A stretch of 64,000 bases of DNA from Erysipelotrichaceae bacterium (GCA_963588055.1 CAVAGB010000001.1:10092-74091), one strand, 5' to 3'; shown: positions 28,132-37,578, counted from the stretch's first letter. Made by a program: numbers and translations. Notes: generated by a model from the sequence alone, not told the origin.

Positions 28132-28229
28132 GTTCGCTTCAAAAATTGGTAAATCGGTAACGTTTTATCGCTTCTAATTGCGCGCGGGCGAACTTATAAT
28201 CTCGGAAAAGGAATGGAGTCACCATTTTT

Positions 28230-29546
28230 ATGATTGCAAAGTCGAATCATCTGCAGACGCCGAAGGGCTATTCCGTCGAGCTTCCCTTCCGCGTCCTGCC
28301 GACTCAGAAATTCCTTTGGATCCCGAAGACCAATTTCCGCTGCGCGAAAGCGGACATCTGCATCGAAGTGGGGGCCAAAGTCAATTTCTGCCAAGAGATC
28401 GGCGTCCGCCACGGGCCTTTCTTCGACCAGCCCATCTTCGCCCCCTGCTCGGGGACTTACGTGGGGCTGGAGAAGCATGGTTACCGCAACGGCAAGGTCG
28501 TCGAATACCTCAAATTCGAAAACGACGGGAAAGACACCCTCGACCCTAGCGTCAAGACCAGGACCAAGGAAGAGCTTAACTCCCTCACCCAGGACGACCT
28601 CGTCAACGAGCTGAAGCATTACGCGGCCGTCGGCTTAGGCGGATCTAGCTTCCCTTCCTACGTCAAGATGCAGACGAAGGAGAAGATCAGCACGATCCTC
28701 ATCGACGGAGTCGAATGCGAGCCTTACGTGACCGCGGACCATCAGGCCCTCTCCGATGAGGAGAGCCTCCGCCGCGTGATCGAGGGGATGATCCTGCTTG
28801 AGAGGATCTTCGACTGCCACGACGCGCGCATCTGCATCAAGAAGAAGCACGCGGAGCTCGTCCCCATATTCGATTCAGTCATCAAAGACTATCCGAACAG
28901 CGGGGTCACCATGCAGCTGCTCGGCTCCTATTACCCCCAGGGCTGGGAGATCGAGATGATCCGCCGCGCCACCGGGATCGAGGTCAAATCAGGGACCCTT
29001 CCCGCCAAATACGGCATCCTCAACTTCAACGTCAACACGATGATCCAGATGATGTCCATCCTCGAGGATGGGCGCCCGGTGATGGAAAGGGCCATCAACG
29101 TCAATGGCGACCAGGTCAACGACCCCTGCACGGTCCTGGCTAGGATAGGTACCCCCTTCAGCGAGCTCATCGCCGCGGCGGGGGGATACAAAGACGAGGA
29201 GAAGGAGAAGACCCTCATCGTCGGAGGCGCCATGATGGGCGCTTCCATCCCTGACGACGACTGCTTCGTCACCCGCACCGTCACTTCGTTGGTCATCAAC
29301 GAGAAGAAGCATTACCTCGAGGAGCCCTGCATCCGCTGCGGCTCCTGCGTCCTCTCTTGCCCGGCCCACCTCCATCCCGTCCTCGTCATGAAGGCGATGA
29401 AGAGCATGCCGGTCAACAAGGAGAAGATCAAATCGCTCAACGTCCTCTCCTGCATGGAATGCGGCCTCTGCAGCTATTCCTGCACCTCGAAGATCCCCCT
29501 CACCGACTACATGAGGAGAGCGAAAGTGGTGGCCAAGCTGCCCTGA
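28230..29546 (+). CDS. rnfC: Rnf electron-transport complex subunit C
   Basis: It has the NADH/FMN-binding-like core and two C-terminal 4Fe-4S motifs (CIRCGSCVLSCP, CMECGLCSYSCT). It is the first gene of a CDGEAB-ordered cluster. Confidence 0.85.
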   Translation: MIAKSNHLQTPKGYSVELPFRVLPTQKFLWIPKTNFRCAKADICIEVGAKVNFCQEIGVRHGPFFDQPIFAPCSGTYVGLEKHGYRNGKVVEYLKFENDGKDTLDPSVKTRTKEELNSLTQDDLVNELKHYAAVGLGGSSFPSYVKMQTKEKISTILIDGVECEPYVTADHQALSDEESLRRVIEGMILLERIFDCHDARICIKKKHAELVPIFDSVIKDYPNSGVTMQLLGSYYPQGWEIEMIRRATGIEVKSGTLPAKYGILNFNVNTMIQMMSILEDGRPVMERAINVNGDQVNDPCTVLARIGTPFSELIAAAGGYKDEEKEKTLIVGGAMMGASIPDDDCFVTRTVTSLVINEKKHYLEEPCIRCGSCVLSCPAHLHPVLVMKAMKSMPVNKEKIKSLNVLSCMECGLCSYSCTSKIPLTDYMRRAKVVAKLP

Positions 29547-29564
29547 TGAAAGGAGAAAAGGAAC

Positions 29565-30689
29565 ATGAATTTCACAGTTGAGACCTCTCCGCACATTAGG
29601 AGAAAAGCCAGCGTCGTCACGATGCTTGGCGACGTCCTCATCGCCTTGCTCCCCGTCATTATCTGGAGCTGCGGCTATGGCTGGGCTGGAATCAAGAACC
29701 TCTTGATCCCCCTCATTGTCATGGAAGCGGCCGAGCTCATCTTCGTCTTGATCAAAGGCAAGGGCTCGCTCAAGGATTACCGTCCTAGCAACGCCATGGG
29801 CGCCGCGGTAAGCGCGCTCATCTTCGGGCTCATGATGGAGCCTAGAAGCGCCTCGATATCCGGCATGGAGTATTTCTACCTCGTCGCGGGCAGCGCCTTC
29901 GGCATCATCGTCGCGAAGCTCCTCTTCGGGGGATTCGGCCAGAACATCTTCAACCCCGCCGCCGCGGGCTTCGTCTTCACCAAAATCTGCTTCGGCTCAT
30001 CTTGGAACGGCGCCTATGCGACCAACGACTGGGTCAGCCTGTTCGGTTTGGACGCCTCCCTTTCCACCGGGGCGAGCTATCTCAGCAGCAACCCCCTCGC
30101 CAATTCCTCCTCCTGGTCTTTCCTCGACCTCTTCCTCGGCAATACGCCGGGCGCGATGGGCGAGGTCTGCAAGGTTGCAATCCTCATCGGGCTGCTCTAT
30201 CTCCTGATCCGCCGCGCGGCTGATTGGAGGGTGGTCCTCTCCTATGGCGTGAGCTTCGCCGTGCTGATGCTCTTCGCGGGCATCTTCCAGAAGAGCGGGG
30301 AGAACGCCTTCGCCTTCGCCCTCTACCAGATCCTCTCCGGAGGCATGCTCTTCGGGCTTGCCTTCATGATCACCGACCCCGTCACCATGCCTATCGACGC
30401 CCCAGCCAGGGTGACCTATGGCATGGTCGCCGCGATCTTAGCGGTCTTCATGCGCTTATTCGCCTCCAATCCGGAAGGCGTGGCTTACGGCATCTTGATC
30501 GCCAACGGCGTCAGCGCCTTCCTCGACCATTACAAGTGGGCCCATTCGCGCTACTCCTGGAAGGATTTCATGACCTACGGTATCATCGCCGCGGCCGCGA
30601 TCCTGATCGTCTGCCTCGCCACTCCCGCGAAAGCGAATGAACTAGCCGAAGCGGCGAAAGCTTCCATCGTTTTGAAAGGAGGCTTCTGA
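29565..30689 (+). CDS. rnfD: Rnf complex subunit D (NqrB/RnfD family)
   Basis: A polytopic membrane protein with the SPHIR... N-terminus and the FMITDPVT motif. Confidence 0.85.
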   Translation: MNFTVETSPHIRRKASVVTMLGDVLIALLPVIIWSCGYGWAGIKNLLIPLIVMEAAELIFVLIKGKGSLKDYRPSNAMGAAVSALIFGLMMEPRSASISGMEYFYLVAGSAFGIIVAKLLFGGFGQNIFNPAAAGFVFTKICFGSSWNGAYATNDWVSLFGLDASLSTGASYLSSNPLANSSSWSFLDLFLGNTPGAMGEVCKVAILIGLLYLLIRRAADWRVVLSYGVSFAVLMLFAGIFQKSGENAFAFALYQILSGGMLFGLAFMITDPVTMPIDAPARVTYGMVAAILAVFMRLFASNPEGVAYGILIANGVSAFLDHYKWAHSRYSWKDFMTYGIIAAAAILIVCLATPAKANELAEAAKASIVLKGGF

Positions 30690-32179
30690 TGAAAGACCAA
30701 ACTAAGAAATATTTCCTCTGCGGCGGAGTCTTGCTCGCCCTTGGCGTCGTCAGCGCGGGGCTTTTGGCGGGCGTGAACCTAATCACCGCCCCGATCATCG
30801 CAGACGAAGCCGTCAAGAAGGCCAACGCGGGCTACCTCGAGGTCTTCGAAGGAGCCTCCTTCTCCTCCAAGATGGATTTCTCCACGGAGGAAGAGAAGAA
30901 AGCCCTCTCTGAGGCCGGGCTCACCCCATCGACCGTCGATTATTACGTCACCGCCTATAGCGATGAGGCCAAAACGAAGGAGATCGGCAAGATCTTCCAC
31001 GGCTCTACCGCGGGAAGGGACGCCGACCTCGAGCTGCTCGTCGGCTTCGTCGACGATAACGGCACCCCCGCCCTCAAGAAGATCTCGATGCTCACCTGCA
31101 GCGACTCCTTCAAGGCCACCTTCGAGAAGAACTACCTCGATCCCGTGAATAGCGGCAGCAAGAGCTACGACGACCTCAAAAACATCGGCGCGACCGTCAC
31201 CGCCACCGCGGTGAGCAAGATCGTCGGCGAGGCCAACAAGCTTTTCTCCGCCCTCTCAGGAGGCATCGTAGAAGACCCCTCCGCCTGGAACACGGCGGCT
31301 TTCGCGGGGAAAAGCTACAAGGTTTCCTCTTCCTCTACCGCCCTAACGAATTCCGATTTCTCCAAGTACTATTCCTATTTCGACGACGAACTCGGCCATA
31401 ACGAGATCGGGAGATGGTACATCGGGAAAAGCGGCGACTTCGCCGCCGCCATCGCCCTCAGCGCCAAAGGCTTCGAAGGGGGTTACGTCCTCTCCTCGAG
31501 CTACACCGACGTCGATTACAAGAGCGCTCCTTATTACAGCGCCTCCTCCTTGCCTAGCGGAGACACGGGCAAAGCCCTGACTGCCTTAAGCGCCAAGGCC
31601 TCCTCCCTTGCTTCCTCTTCGCCTTTTAAGACCATCGAGTATCAGGCGATCAGCCTCTACGCGAATGGCGCGAGCGCGAAGAAAACAACTATCGGCCAAG
31701 CCATCACTGGCATCAGTAATCTCAGCACCGACGATAACGAGCGCCCTTGGCCAACCGAGAGCAAGCGCCAGATCATCGCCAATAGCTATACCGTCTTCGA
31801 CAAGGACGGCAACGAGCTCGGCATCGTCTACGAAGCCGAATACCACATCGTCAAAGACGAGAAAGGCGCGGATGAGACCGAGGCCCATGGCGGGCTCTAT
31901 TTCCTCCTCGGCTTCAGCGGGGTGGATTACGATAACCCCGCTTTGACCAATATCTCCGTCCTCGAGAACAGCTTCTCCAAGGCGAGCGACCTCAAGAAAA
32001 AAGTCGTCGACGCCTTCAATGAGGGCTCCGACCATTCCTGGGCCGCGTTCAAGGAGAAATGCGAGGCCGACGCCAAAATCGATTCAGGCAGCACGGGGGC
32101 GACCATCTCCTCCCATAGCCTCTTCGGCGTCGCGAACCTGGAAAGACAGCTTTACGCTTCTACGAAAGGAGGCAAATGA
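30689..32179 (+). CDS. rnfG: Rnf complex subunit G, about twice the usual length (496 aa)
   Basis: It has an N-terminal TM anchor and an FMN_bind-like region with IGATVTATAV. About 300 aa further on there is a second STGATISSHS motif near the C-terminus. It sits in the G position of the operon. Confidence 0.75.
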   Translation: MKDQTKKYFLCGGVLLALGVVSAGLLAGVNLITAPIIADEAVKKANAGYLEVFEGASFSSKMDFSTEEEKKALSEAGLTPSTVDYYVTAYSDEAKTKEIGKIFHGSTAGRDADLELLVGFVDDNGTPALKKISMLTCSDSFKATFEKNYLDPVNSGSKSYDDLKNIGATVTATAVSKIVGEANKLFSALSGGIVEDPSAWNTAAFAGKSYKVSSSSTALTNSDFSKYYSYFDDELGHNEIGRWYIGKSGDFAAAIALSAKGFEGGYVLSSSYTDVDYKSAPYYSASSLPSGDTGKALTALSAKASSLASSSPFKTIEYQAISLYANGASAKKTTIGQAITGISNLSTDDNERPWPTESKRQIIANSYTVFDKDGNELGIVYEAEYHIVKDEKGADETEAHGGLYFLLGFSGVDYDNPALTNISVLENSFSKASDLKKKVVDAFNEGSDHSWAAFKEKCEADAKIDSGSTGATISSHSLFGVANLERQLYASTKGGK

Positions 32180-32913
32180 GCATGGCCAAAAAACAGCACG
32201 GGACCCATTACGAGTCCTTCATCGCCCCGATTTGGAGGGCGAACCCGCTCTTCGTGTTGATCCTGGGCACCTGCCCGGCGCTGGGGGTCACCACGAGCCT
32301 AGAGGCCGCCTTTGGCATGGGGCTGCTATTCACCTTCGTCTTGGTGGGCAGCAACGTCTTGGTCAGCGCCCTGAAGAAGTTCATCCCCGAGGAGGTCGAG
32401 ACCCCCGCCTACATCGTCATCATCGCGACCTTCGTCTGCTTGGTGGAGATGTTCTCCGAGGCCTTCCTGCCTGAGCTTTACTCAAGCCTAGGCGTCTTCA
32501 TCTCGCTTCTGGTCGTCAACTGCATCGTTTTGGGCAGAGCCGAGGCCTTCGCGAACAAGAACACCGTCCTGGATTCGCTTCTAGACGGCATCGGCAACGG
32601 CATCGGCTACACCCTCGCAATCTGCATGATCGGATTCATCCGCGAAGTGCTCGGCACCGGCTGCATCACCTTCGGCTCGACCTTGACCTTCCTCCCCAAA
32701 TGCACCCTGCACATCCTCGACTTCTCCGATTTCGGAGGGCCGAACTTCTCGATCTCCCTCTTCTCCCAGCCCGCCGGCGCCTTCATCGTCTTCGGCGTCA
32801 TCATGGCCATCATCCAGGCTTCTAAGCTCGCGAAGGCCGCGAAGGAGAAGGAAAGGAAGAAACAGGAGCTTCTCGCCGCCAAGCAAGCTGCCGCCGCTAA
32901 GGAGGTCAAGTGA
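32176..32913 (+). CDS. rnfE: Rnf complex subunit E
   Basis: NqrD/RnfE-type hydrophobic protein (NPLFVLILGTCPALGVT). There is a 4-nt overlap with rnfG. Confidence 0.85.
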   Translation: MSMAKKQHGTHYESFIAPIWRANPLFVLILGTCPALGVTTSLEAAFGMGLLFTFVLVGSNVLVSALKKFIPEEVETPAYIVIIATFVCLVEMFSEAFLPELYSSLGVFISLLVVNCIVLGRAEAFANKNTVLDSLLDGIGNGIGYTLAICMIGFIREVLGTGCITFGSTLTFLPKCTLHILDFSDFGGPNFSISLFSQPAGAFIVFGVIMAIIQASKLAKAAKEKERKKQELLAAKQAAAAKEVK

Positions 32914-33497
32914 ACATGCAATATCTAGTTTCCTTCCTATTGGCGATCGTCTCCTCGATGCTCATCGAGAACGTCGTCCTATCCCGCTTCTACGGCATCT
33001 GCTCCTTCGTCGGCGTTTCCAACAAAATCAAGAACGCCTTCTCGATGGGGCTCGCCGTCACCTTCGTCATCGTGATCAGCGCCCTGATCTGCTATCCGCT
33101 TTACATGCTTCTAGAAGCAGCGGGGCTTACCTTCCTGAGGACCATCGTCTTCATCCTCGTCATCGCCTCCTTGGTGCAGCTGATCGGCTTCTTCATCAAG
33201 AAGTACAGCCCGGCCCTATATAAGGCGCTTGGCATCTATCTGCCTCTCATCACCACCAACTGCGCCGTTCTGGGCGTCGTCGAAGAAAACGCTTCGCAGG
33301 GCTTGGATTTCGGGATGTCTATGGCCAACGCCATCGGGACGAGCCTAGGCTTCCTCTTCGTCATCGTCCTCTTCTCCGCGATCCGCCTTCGCATCGAGGA
33401 CCACGACGTGCCCAAAGCCTTCAAAGGCCTGCCTATCGCCCTCATCACCGCGGCGCTGCTCGCGATGGCCTTCTCTGGGCTAGGCGGGATGGTCTGA
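32910..33497 (+). CDS. rnfA: Rnf complex subunit A
   Basis: NqrE/RnfA-type protein (ENVVLSRFYGICSF..., ITTNCAVLGV). There is a 4-nt overlap with rnfE. Confidence 0.85.
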   Translation: MNMQYLVSFLLAIVSSMLIENVVLSRFYGICSFVGVSNKIKNAFSMGLAVTFVIVISALICYPLYMLLEAAGLTFLRTIVFILVIASLVQLIGFFIKKYSPALYKALGIYLPLITTNCAVLGVVEENASQGLDFGMSMANAIGTSLGFLFVIVLFSAIRLRIEDHDVPKAFKGLPIALITAALLAMAFSGLGGMV

Positions 33498-33739
33498 TGC
33501 CGCAATACGCTTGGATCATCATCGCCATCGCGGTGCTGCTCGCCTTGGTCGCCGTCTTCGTCTTGAGCTTCTTGCTCTACGTGAGGACCCCGGCCCCGAA
33601 AGGCTGCGAGAAGAAGCCAAGCGATCTCTGCTCATCCTGCCCGAATTCGCGCTGCGAGTTCCAGCTCTATGAGCCCAAAGGCGATCTGAAGAACGAACTA
33701 GAAGAAAAGGAGAACGAAAATGAACACAATCCTGACTGA
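33497..33739 (+). CDS. Small membrane protein with a four-Cys cluster, nested between rnfA and rnfB
   Basis: 80 aa. One TM helix (AWIIIAIAVLLALVAVFVLSFLLYV) is followed by C-x8-C-x2-C-x4-C. The ATG shares a base with the rnfA stop, and the 3' end overlaps rnfB by 20 nt. Codon usage is backbone-like. Confidence 0.55.
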   Translation: MPQYAWIIIAIAVLLALVAVFVLSFLLYVRTPAPKGCEKKPSDLCSSCPNSRCEFQLYEPKGDLKNELEEKENENEHNPD

Positions 33740-34067
33740 CGTGAATCCCTTGACCATCCTCTGGGGGATATTGATCCTCGGGGGGCTCGGCCTCGTGTTC
33801 GGGGTGGCCCTCGCCTTGGCGGAGAAGTTCCTCCACGTCGAGGAAGACAACCGCATCGCCGACGTCGAGAAGATGCTTCCCAACGCCAACTGCGGTGCCT
33901 GCGGCTACGCGGGCTGCCACGATATGGCCGAAGCCCTCGTCACCGGCGCGGCGAAGAAGGTTAGCCTATGCAAAGCGGGCAAAGCCGACAAGAACTTCAA
34001 GCCGATCATCGAGTACATGGAAGCCCATCCCGACGCGGATGGCACCAAGCACGTCCCCACATTATGA
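33720..34067 (+). CDS. rnfB: Rnf complex subunit B, short form (115 aa) lacking ferredoxin-type 2x[4Fe-4S] domains
   Basis: It has the N-terminal TM helix and the RnfB-type cluster motif CGACGYAGC...C, and then ends. GGAG SD lies 7 nt upstream. Confidence 0.7.
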   Translation: MNTILTDVNPLTILWGILILGGLGLVFGVALALAEKFLHVEEDNRIADVEKMLPNANCGACGYAGCHDMAEALVTGAAKKVSLCKAGKADKNFKPIIEYMEAHPDADGTKHVPTL

Positions 34068-34070
34068 AGC

Positions 34071-34092
34071 GAAGCCCTTCGGGGCTTCTTTT
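34071..34092 (+). terminator. Rho-independent terminator of the rnf operon
   Basis: GAAGCCC-TTCG-GGGCTTC followed by TTTT, starting 4 nt after the rnfB stop. Confidence 0.8.
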
Positions 34093-34175
34093 CATTTCCT
34101 CCGAATAAGGGGCTTTTGCGGGTTTTCTTGAAATCATGATTGGCTTTTGCGGGCTTTTCGACCCTTCATCTTTCC

Positions 34176-34205
34176 TTAGACCTCGCTTAATCCCGGTGCG
34201 ATAAT
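34176..34205 (+). promoter_or_regulatory. Putative sigma-70 promoter for the apbE operon
   Basis: TTAGAC (34176-81), an 18-nt spacer, then GATAAT (34200-05), 8 nt before the ATG region. Confidence 0.35.
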
Positions 34206-34212
34206 AGCCACG

Positions 34213-35223
34213 ATGAAAAAGGCTTCCCTCGGAAAAGCGATTCTTCTCTGCTCACTTCCTTGTTTTTTGATGTCTTGCTCCAGGCAGAGCAGCTATCAGA
34301 AAACCGTCTTCGCGATGGACACGAGCATCTCCTGCAAGGCGAAGACCTCAAATGAGGACGAGCTCGAAGACGTCCTATCCGCCTTCGAGGAAATCGAAGC
34401 CTACGCCGACGCGACCTACCATCATTATCAGGTCGTCGGGGTATACGACATCAACAAGGCAACCTCGCCCATCGAGATAAGCGAGGAACTCTACGAATTG
34501 CTCAGTTTCTCCCTGGAAATGGAAGAAGCGACGAAAGGGTATTTCAATCCCCTTTGCTTAGGCCTCGACGACCTATGGAAGGGCAGCCTCCATCCTAGCG
34601 AGGAAGGCGTTTCCGCCTCCCTCCCTTCCGACGAAGACGTCCAAAAAGAGGTCGCGAAGATCGCGAACACGACTTTGAAACTCGCAAAGAGCGGGGACGT
34701 CTACACGGCTTATCTGGAGGCGGAAGACGTCTCGATCGGCAGGGCTTCTCTCGATCTTGGCGGCATCGCGAAAGGCTATGCGGCAAAGAAAGCCAAAAAG
34801 AAGGCCGAATCCTATTCCTGGAAGAACTATTACATCAACGGAGGAAACTCCACGATGGTTTTAGGCGAGGCCGAGCAGAACGACGGGTATTACTCCGTCA
34901 CCTGGAAAGACGATCTGCCCGGAAAGAAAATGAAAATCAAGAACGCCTGCCTCTCCACGAGCTCGGTGACCGTGCAGGGAGTGGAGGTCGGAGGCAAGAT
35001 GTATTCCCATCTCATAAACCCTTTCACCGGCGAGGCCTCTCCTTCGATAACCGGGGTCACTTTAACGGGGGAAGACCCTGCGATGCTCGATGCTTTCTCG
35101 ACGGCTTTGATGTGGATGGATGAGGAAGATCGTTTGGCTTTGGAAAAGGAATACGGCATTCAGACGGTCTATTACAAAGACGGGGAAGTCCTACGCGATG
35201 GGATAGGGCTTTTGGATGCATGA
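34213..35223 (+). CDS. apbE: FAD:protein FMN transferase (ApbE family) lipoprotein
   Basis: Lipobox FLMSC, then FAMDT, LDLGGIAKGYA and DAFSTALMWM, which are ApbE-type motifs. Confidence 0.8.
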   Translation: MKKASLGKAILLCSLPCFLMSCSRQSSYQKTVFAMDTSISCKAKTSNEDELEDVLSAFEEIEAYADATYHHYQVVGVYDINKATSPIEISEELYELLSFSLEMEEATKGYFNPLCLGLDDLWKGSLHPSEEGVSASLPSDEDVQKEVAKIANTTLKLAKSGDVYTAYLEAEDVSIGRASLDLGGIAKGYAAKKAKKKAESYSWKNYYINGGNSTMVLGEAEQNDGYYSVTWKDDLPGKKMKIKNACLSTSSVTVQGVEVGGKMYSHLINPFTGEASPSITGVTLTGEDPAMLDAFSTALMWMDEEDRLALEKEYGIQTVYYKDGEVLRDGIGLLDA

Positions 35224-35618
35224 AGGAAGGATTTTGGAAGACCCACCTAGGGGATGCCATATTGATCGGCGTCTGCGCCTGCCTGGCGACTGGCCTCGCC
35301 GTTTTCGCTGCCCTTCCGAAGGGGGACACCTCCCATCAGGCGGAGATCGCCTTGGACGGGAAAAGGCTGGAGAACAATGGGCTCCTCGATCTTTCCAATT
35401 ATGGCGAAGAGACCACGGAGATCGTGGTAGAGGGGCTCAAAAGCCAGATGAGGATCGGGGTGAAAAAAGACGCGATTTGCGTCCTTTCCAGCTCCTGCCC
35501 CTCGCAATACTGCGTCCATCAAGGATGGATAAGCGAGGCGGGGAGGCCGCTTGTGTGCGCCTACAATCACATCACCATCTCGATATTGGGGAGCGCGGAA
35601 GCGGATTTCATCCTATGA
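35220..35618 (+). CDS. NusG domain II-containing membrane-anchored protein
   Basis: ATGA overlap with apbE. It has an N-terminal TM helix and the motif SSSCPSQYCVHQGWISEAGRPLVCAYNHITISI, typical of the NusG_II (DUF1312) family. Confidence 0.6.
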   Translation: MKEGFWKTHLGDAILIGVCACLATGLAVFAALPKGDTSHQAEIALDGKRLENNGLLDLSNYGEETTEIVVEGLKSQMRIGVKKDAICVLSSSCPSQYCVHQGWISEAGRPLVCAYNHITISILGSAEADFIL

Positions 35619-36148
35619 AGAAGAAACGTTTCAGCGTCCATAAGATGACTTTGCTCGCCGTGCTGCTCGCCCTCGCCGTGGCGGTGGGGGTGGCGGAGAG
35701 CTTCCTGCCCCCTCTTGGGCCGGTTGGAGGGATAAGGCTCGGATTAGCGAACCTCATCATTCTGCTTTGCCTATATGAGCTGGGCTTCTTCGAGGCTTTG
35801 TTCCTCGACCTGGCGAAGGTGCTGCTGGTGAATCTCCTCCGCGGGAGCTTCCTTCAGATGGGTTTCTATATGTCCCTAGGCGGGGCGATCGTCTCTTTCT
35901 TAGCCATGGCCGCGCTTTATAAGTTCCATGTCTTCACCGAAGCCGGGGTCTCGACCGTCGGCAGCCTCCTCCATAGCTTCGCCCAAGTGGCGGTGGGGGC
36001 CATCTTCCTAGGGACGGGGAACGTCTTCTATTACTATTGCTTCTTGATGCCCATCTCTTTGGTCACGGGGGTCCTCATCGGGATGCTCGTGAGGAAAATC
36101 CGCTCAACGAAGATCATTGAGCGGCAGAAAGAAAGATACGGGTTCTGA
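35615..36148 (+). CDS. Gx transporter family protein (heptaprenyl diphosphate synthase component I-like)
   Basis: ATGA overlap with the upstream gene. It is 177 aa with 5 hydrophobic helices and the motif RLGLANLIILLCLYELG. It is the usual partner of NusG_II proteins. The upstream part of track ORF 35216.. is off-frame noise. Confidence 0.6.
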   Translation: MKKKRFSVHKMTLLAVLLALAVAVGVAESFLPPLGPVGGIRLGLANLIILLCLYELGFFEALFLDLAKVLLVNLLRGSFLQMGFYMSLGGAIVSFLAMAALYKFHVFTEAGVSTVGSLLHSFAQVAVGAIFLGTGNVFYYYCFLMPISLVTGVLIGMLVRKIRSTKIIERQKERYGF

Positions 36149-36150
36149 TC

Positions 36151-37578
36151 TTAGGCGAGGAAGAAAAGCTTCCCTTTCGTCGCTTTGCCGTTGTCTTTGA
36201 TAATGCCTTTCTCTTTGAGAGAATTCAGCGCGCGGCTTGCAGCGGCTTGGCTGATGCCCAGGGCTTTCGCGATCCGAGAGGAGCCGGATGGACCGTCTTT
36301 GAGAAGTTGGTTCATGATCTTTCCTTCAATAGATGCCTTATTCGTGTCTAATTTGACCGAGGGGAGAAGGAGGGTCAAGGTGGTCGAACTCGGAAAAGCC
36401 TCCTCGACCCAAAGAGGCTTAGGGTAGCTTAATGCCTTCATCTTCAGCAAGATGTTCGGAATGCCCGTGCCGGCTCTTTCGCCTAGTTTCACCAAATGAA
36501 GCAAGTTCATGACGCCTTCGTTGCGGGGGTGGCTGTACCCTCCAAGAAGCGCCTGCTCAAGAGGCACGGCCATCCTGCCGCCGTTCCTAAAGGTGATGCG
36601 CGTTCCCTCAAAAATGACGGTGACGCCCCAGGAAAGATAGAAATCGCAGTTGTTGATCGCGTTCACGAAGCCTTCGCGGACGCATTCGTAAATCAAAGCG
36701 CCGCCATTTTCGTGGATCCCATCATCTGACAAATGAAATGGATTGGGGAGCAGGGGCTTGATGTGGTTCAAAGCCATGGTGATGAAGTCATAGACGTTCC
36801 CGCTCCAGGAAAGGGAAGAAGCATCGAGGCGATAGTCCCAGCGCTCCGTCCCTGCGAATTTCTCACGGTAGTCCAGGTTGAACTCGGGGAAGATCTGCTT
36901 GATTTGGATGTAGTTTCCAAAAAGCAATACCGCGGCGTTCGTCGGGATGTATTTCCCTTCCTTTTTGCCCAAAGCCCCAATGGCTTTGAAAAAGGATTCA
37001 TCGTCCAGCTTTTGAAAAATGTTGTCCTTGTTTTCTTGATTGAACGAGGCACGGTATTTTTGCAGGGTGTCAGTGTTCAAATCGCCGAATTCCAAGCCGA
37101 TCTTGTTTGGTTGCATGTCCATCTTGACATCCGAGGAGTCAAGCTCCATCGCGAGTCTTTCTTGCTCGGTGGCGCGATAATCCCGGTCGTGCCTTCGCAC
37201 ATAGCAGTGGCTTGGGTTCCCATCCAAATACACGGGCTTCGATTTGGCTTCGGCTTCTGGCACGTTGATCTCAATGATTGCTTTACCTTCGACTTCGTAT
37301 TCGCGCCAATCCGCGTCGCCACATAGGGAAAGGGAGACTTTCGATTTGTTGGAAATCGTGTTGAAGAAATCCTTTTTCCTGACGGACGGGTTTTCTACCC
37401 CGACGAGGATGTTCTCGCCCGCGCTTTCCTTGACCCCGAGGACGATGGTCCCTCCTTTGGTGTTGGCAAAACTGCTGTATGTCTCGTAAATGCTTGCTGG
37501 CAGCCCCTTTTCAGCGGTCTTGAGTTCAATTGTTTGCGATTCTTTTAGATGAATGTACGAATTTTCCATGGCATCCAT
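36151..37578 (-). CDS. AlbA_2 (Schlafen-like divergent AAA) domain protein with an HATPase_c_4-like region and a C-terminal winged HTH
   Basis: ESQTIELKTAEKGLP...TYSSFANTKGGTIVLGV is the AlbA_2 signature. The C-terminus GSSRIAKALGISQAAASRALNSLKEKGII is a wHTH. There is no SD, and a TATAAG element lies 1 nt before the ATG, so it may be leaderless or start at ATG 37569. Its stop lies 2 nt from the convergent Gx gene stop. Confidence 0.7.
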   Translation of the reverse strand: MDAMENSYIHLKESQTIELKTAEKGLPASIYETYSSFANTKGGTIVLGVKESAGENILVGVENPSVRKKDFFNTISNKSKVSLSLCGDADWREYEVEGKAIIEINVPEAEAKSKPVYLDGNPSHCYVRRHDRDYRATEQERLAMELDSSDVKMDMQPNKIGLEFGDLNTDTLQKYRASFNQENKDNIFQKLDDESFFKAIGALGKKEGKYIPTNAAVLLFGNYIQIKQIFPEFNLDYREKFAGTERWDYRLDASSLSWSGNVYDFITMALNHIKPLLPNPFHLSDDGIHENGGALIYECVREGFVNAINNCDFYLSWGVTVIFEGTRITFRNGGRMAVPLEQALLGGYSHPRNEGVMNLLHLVKLGERAGTGIPNILLKMKALSYPKPLWVEEAFPSSTTLTLLLPSVKLDTNKASIEGKIMNQLLKDGPSGSSRIAKALGISQAAASRALNSLKEKGIIKDNGKATKGKLFFLA

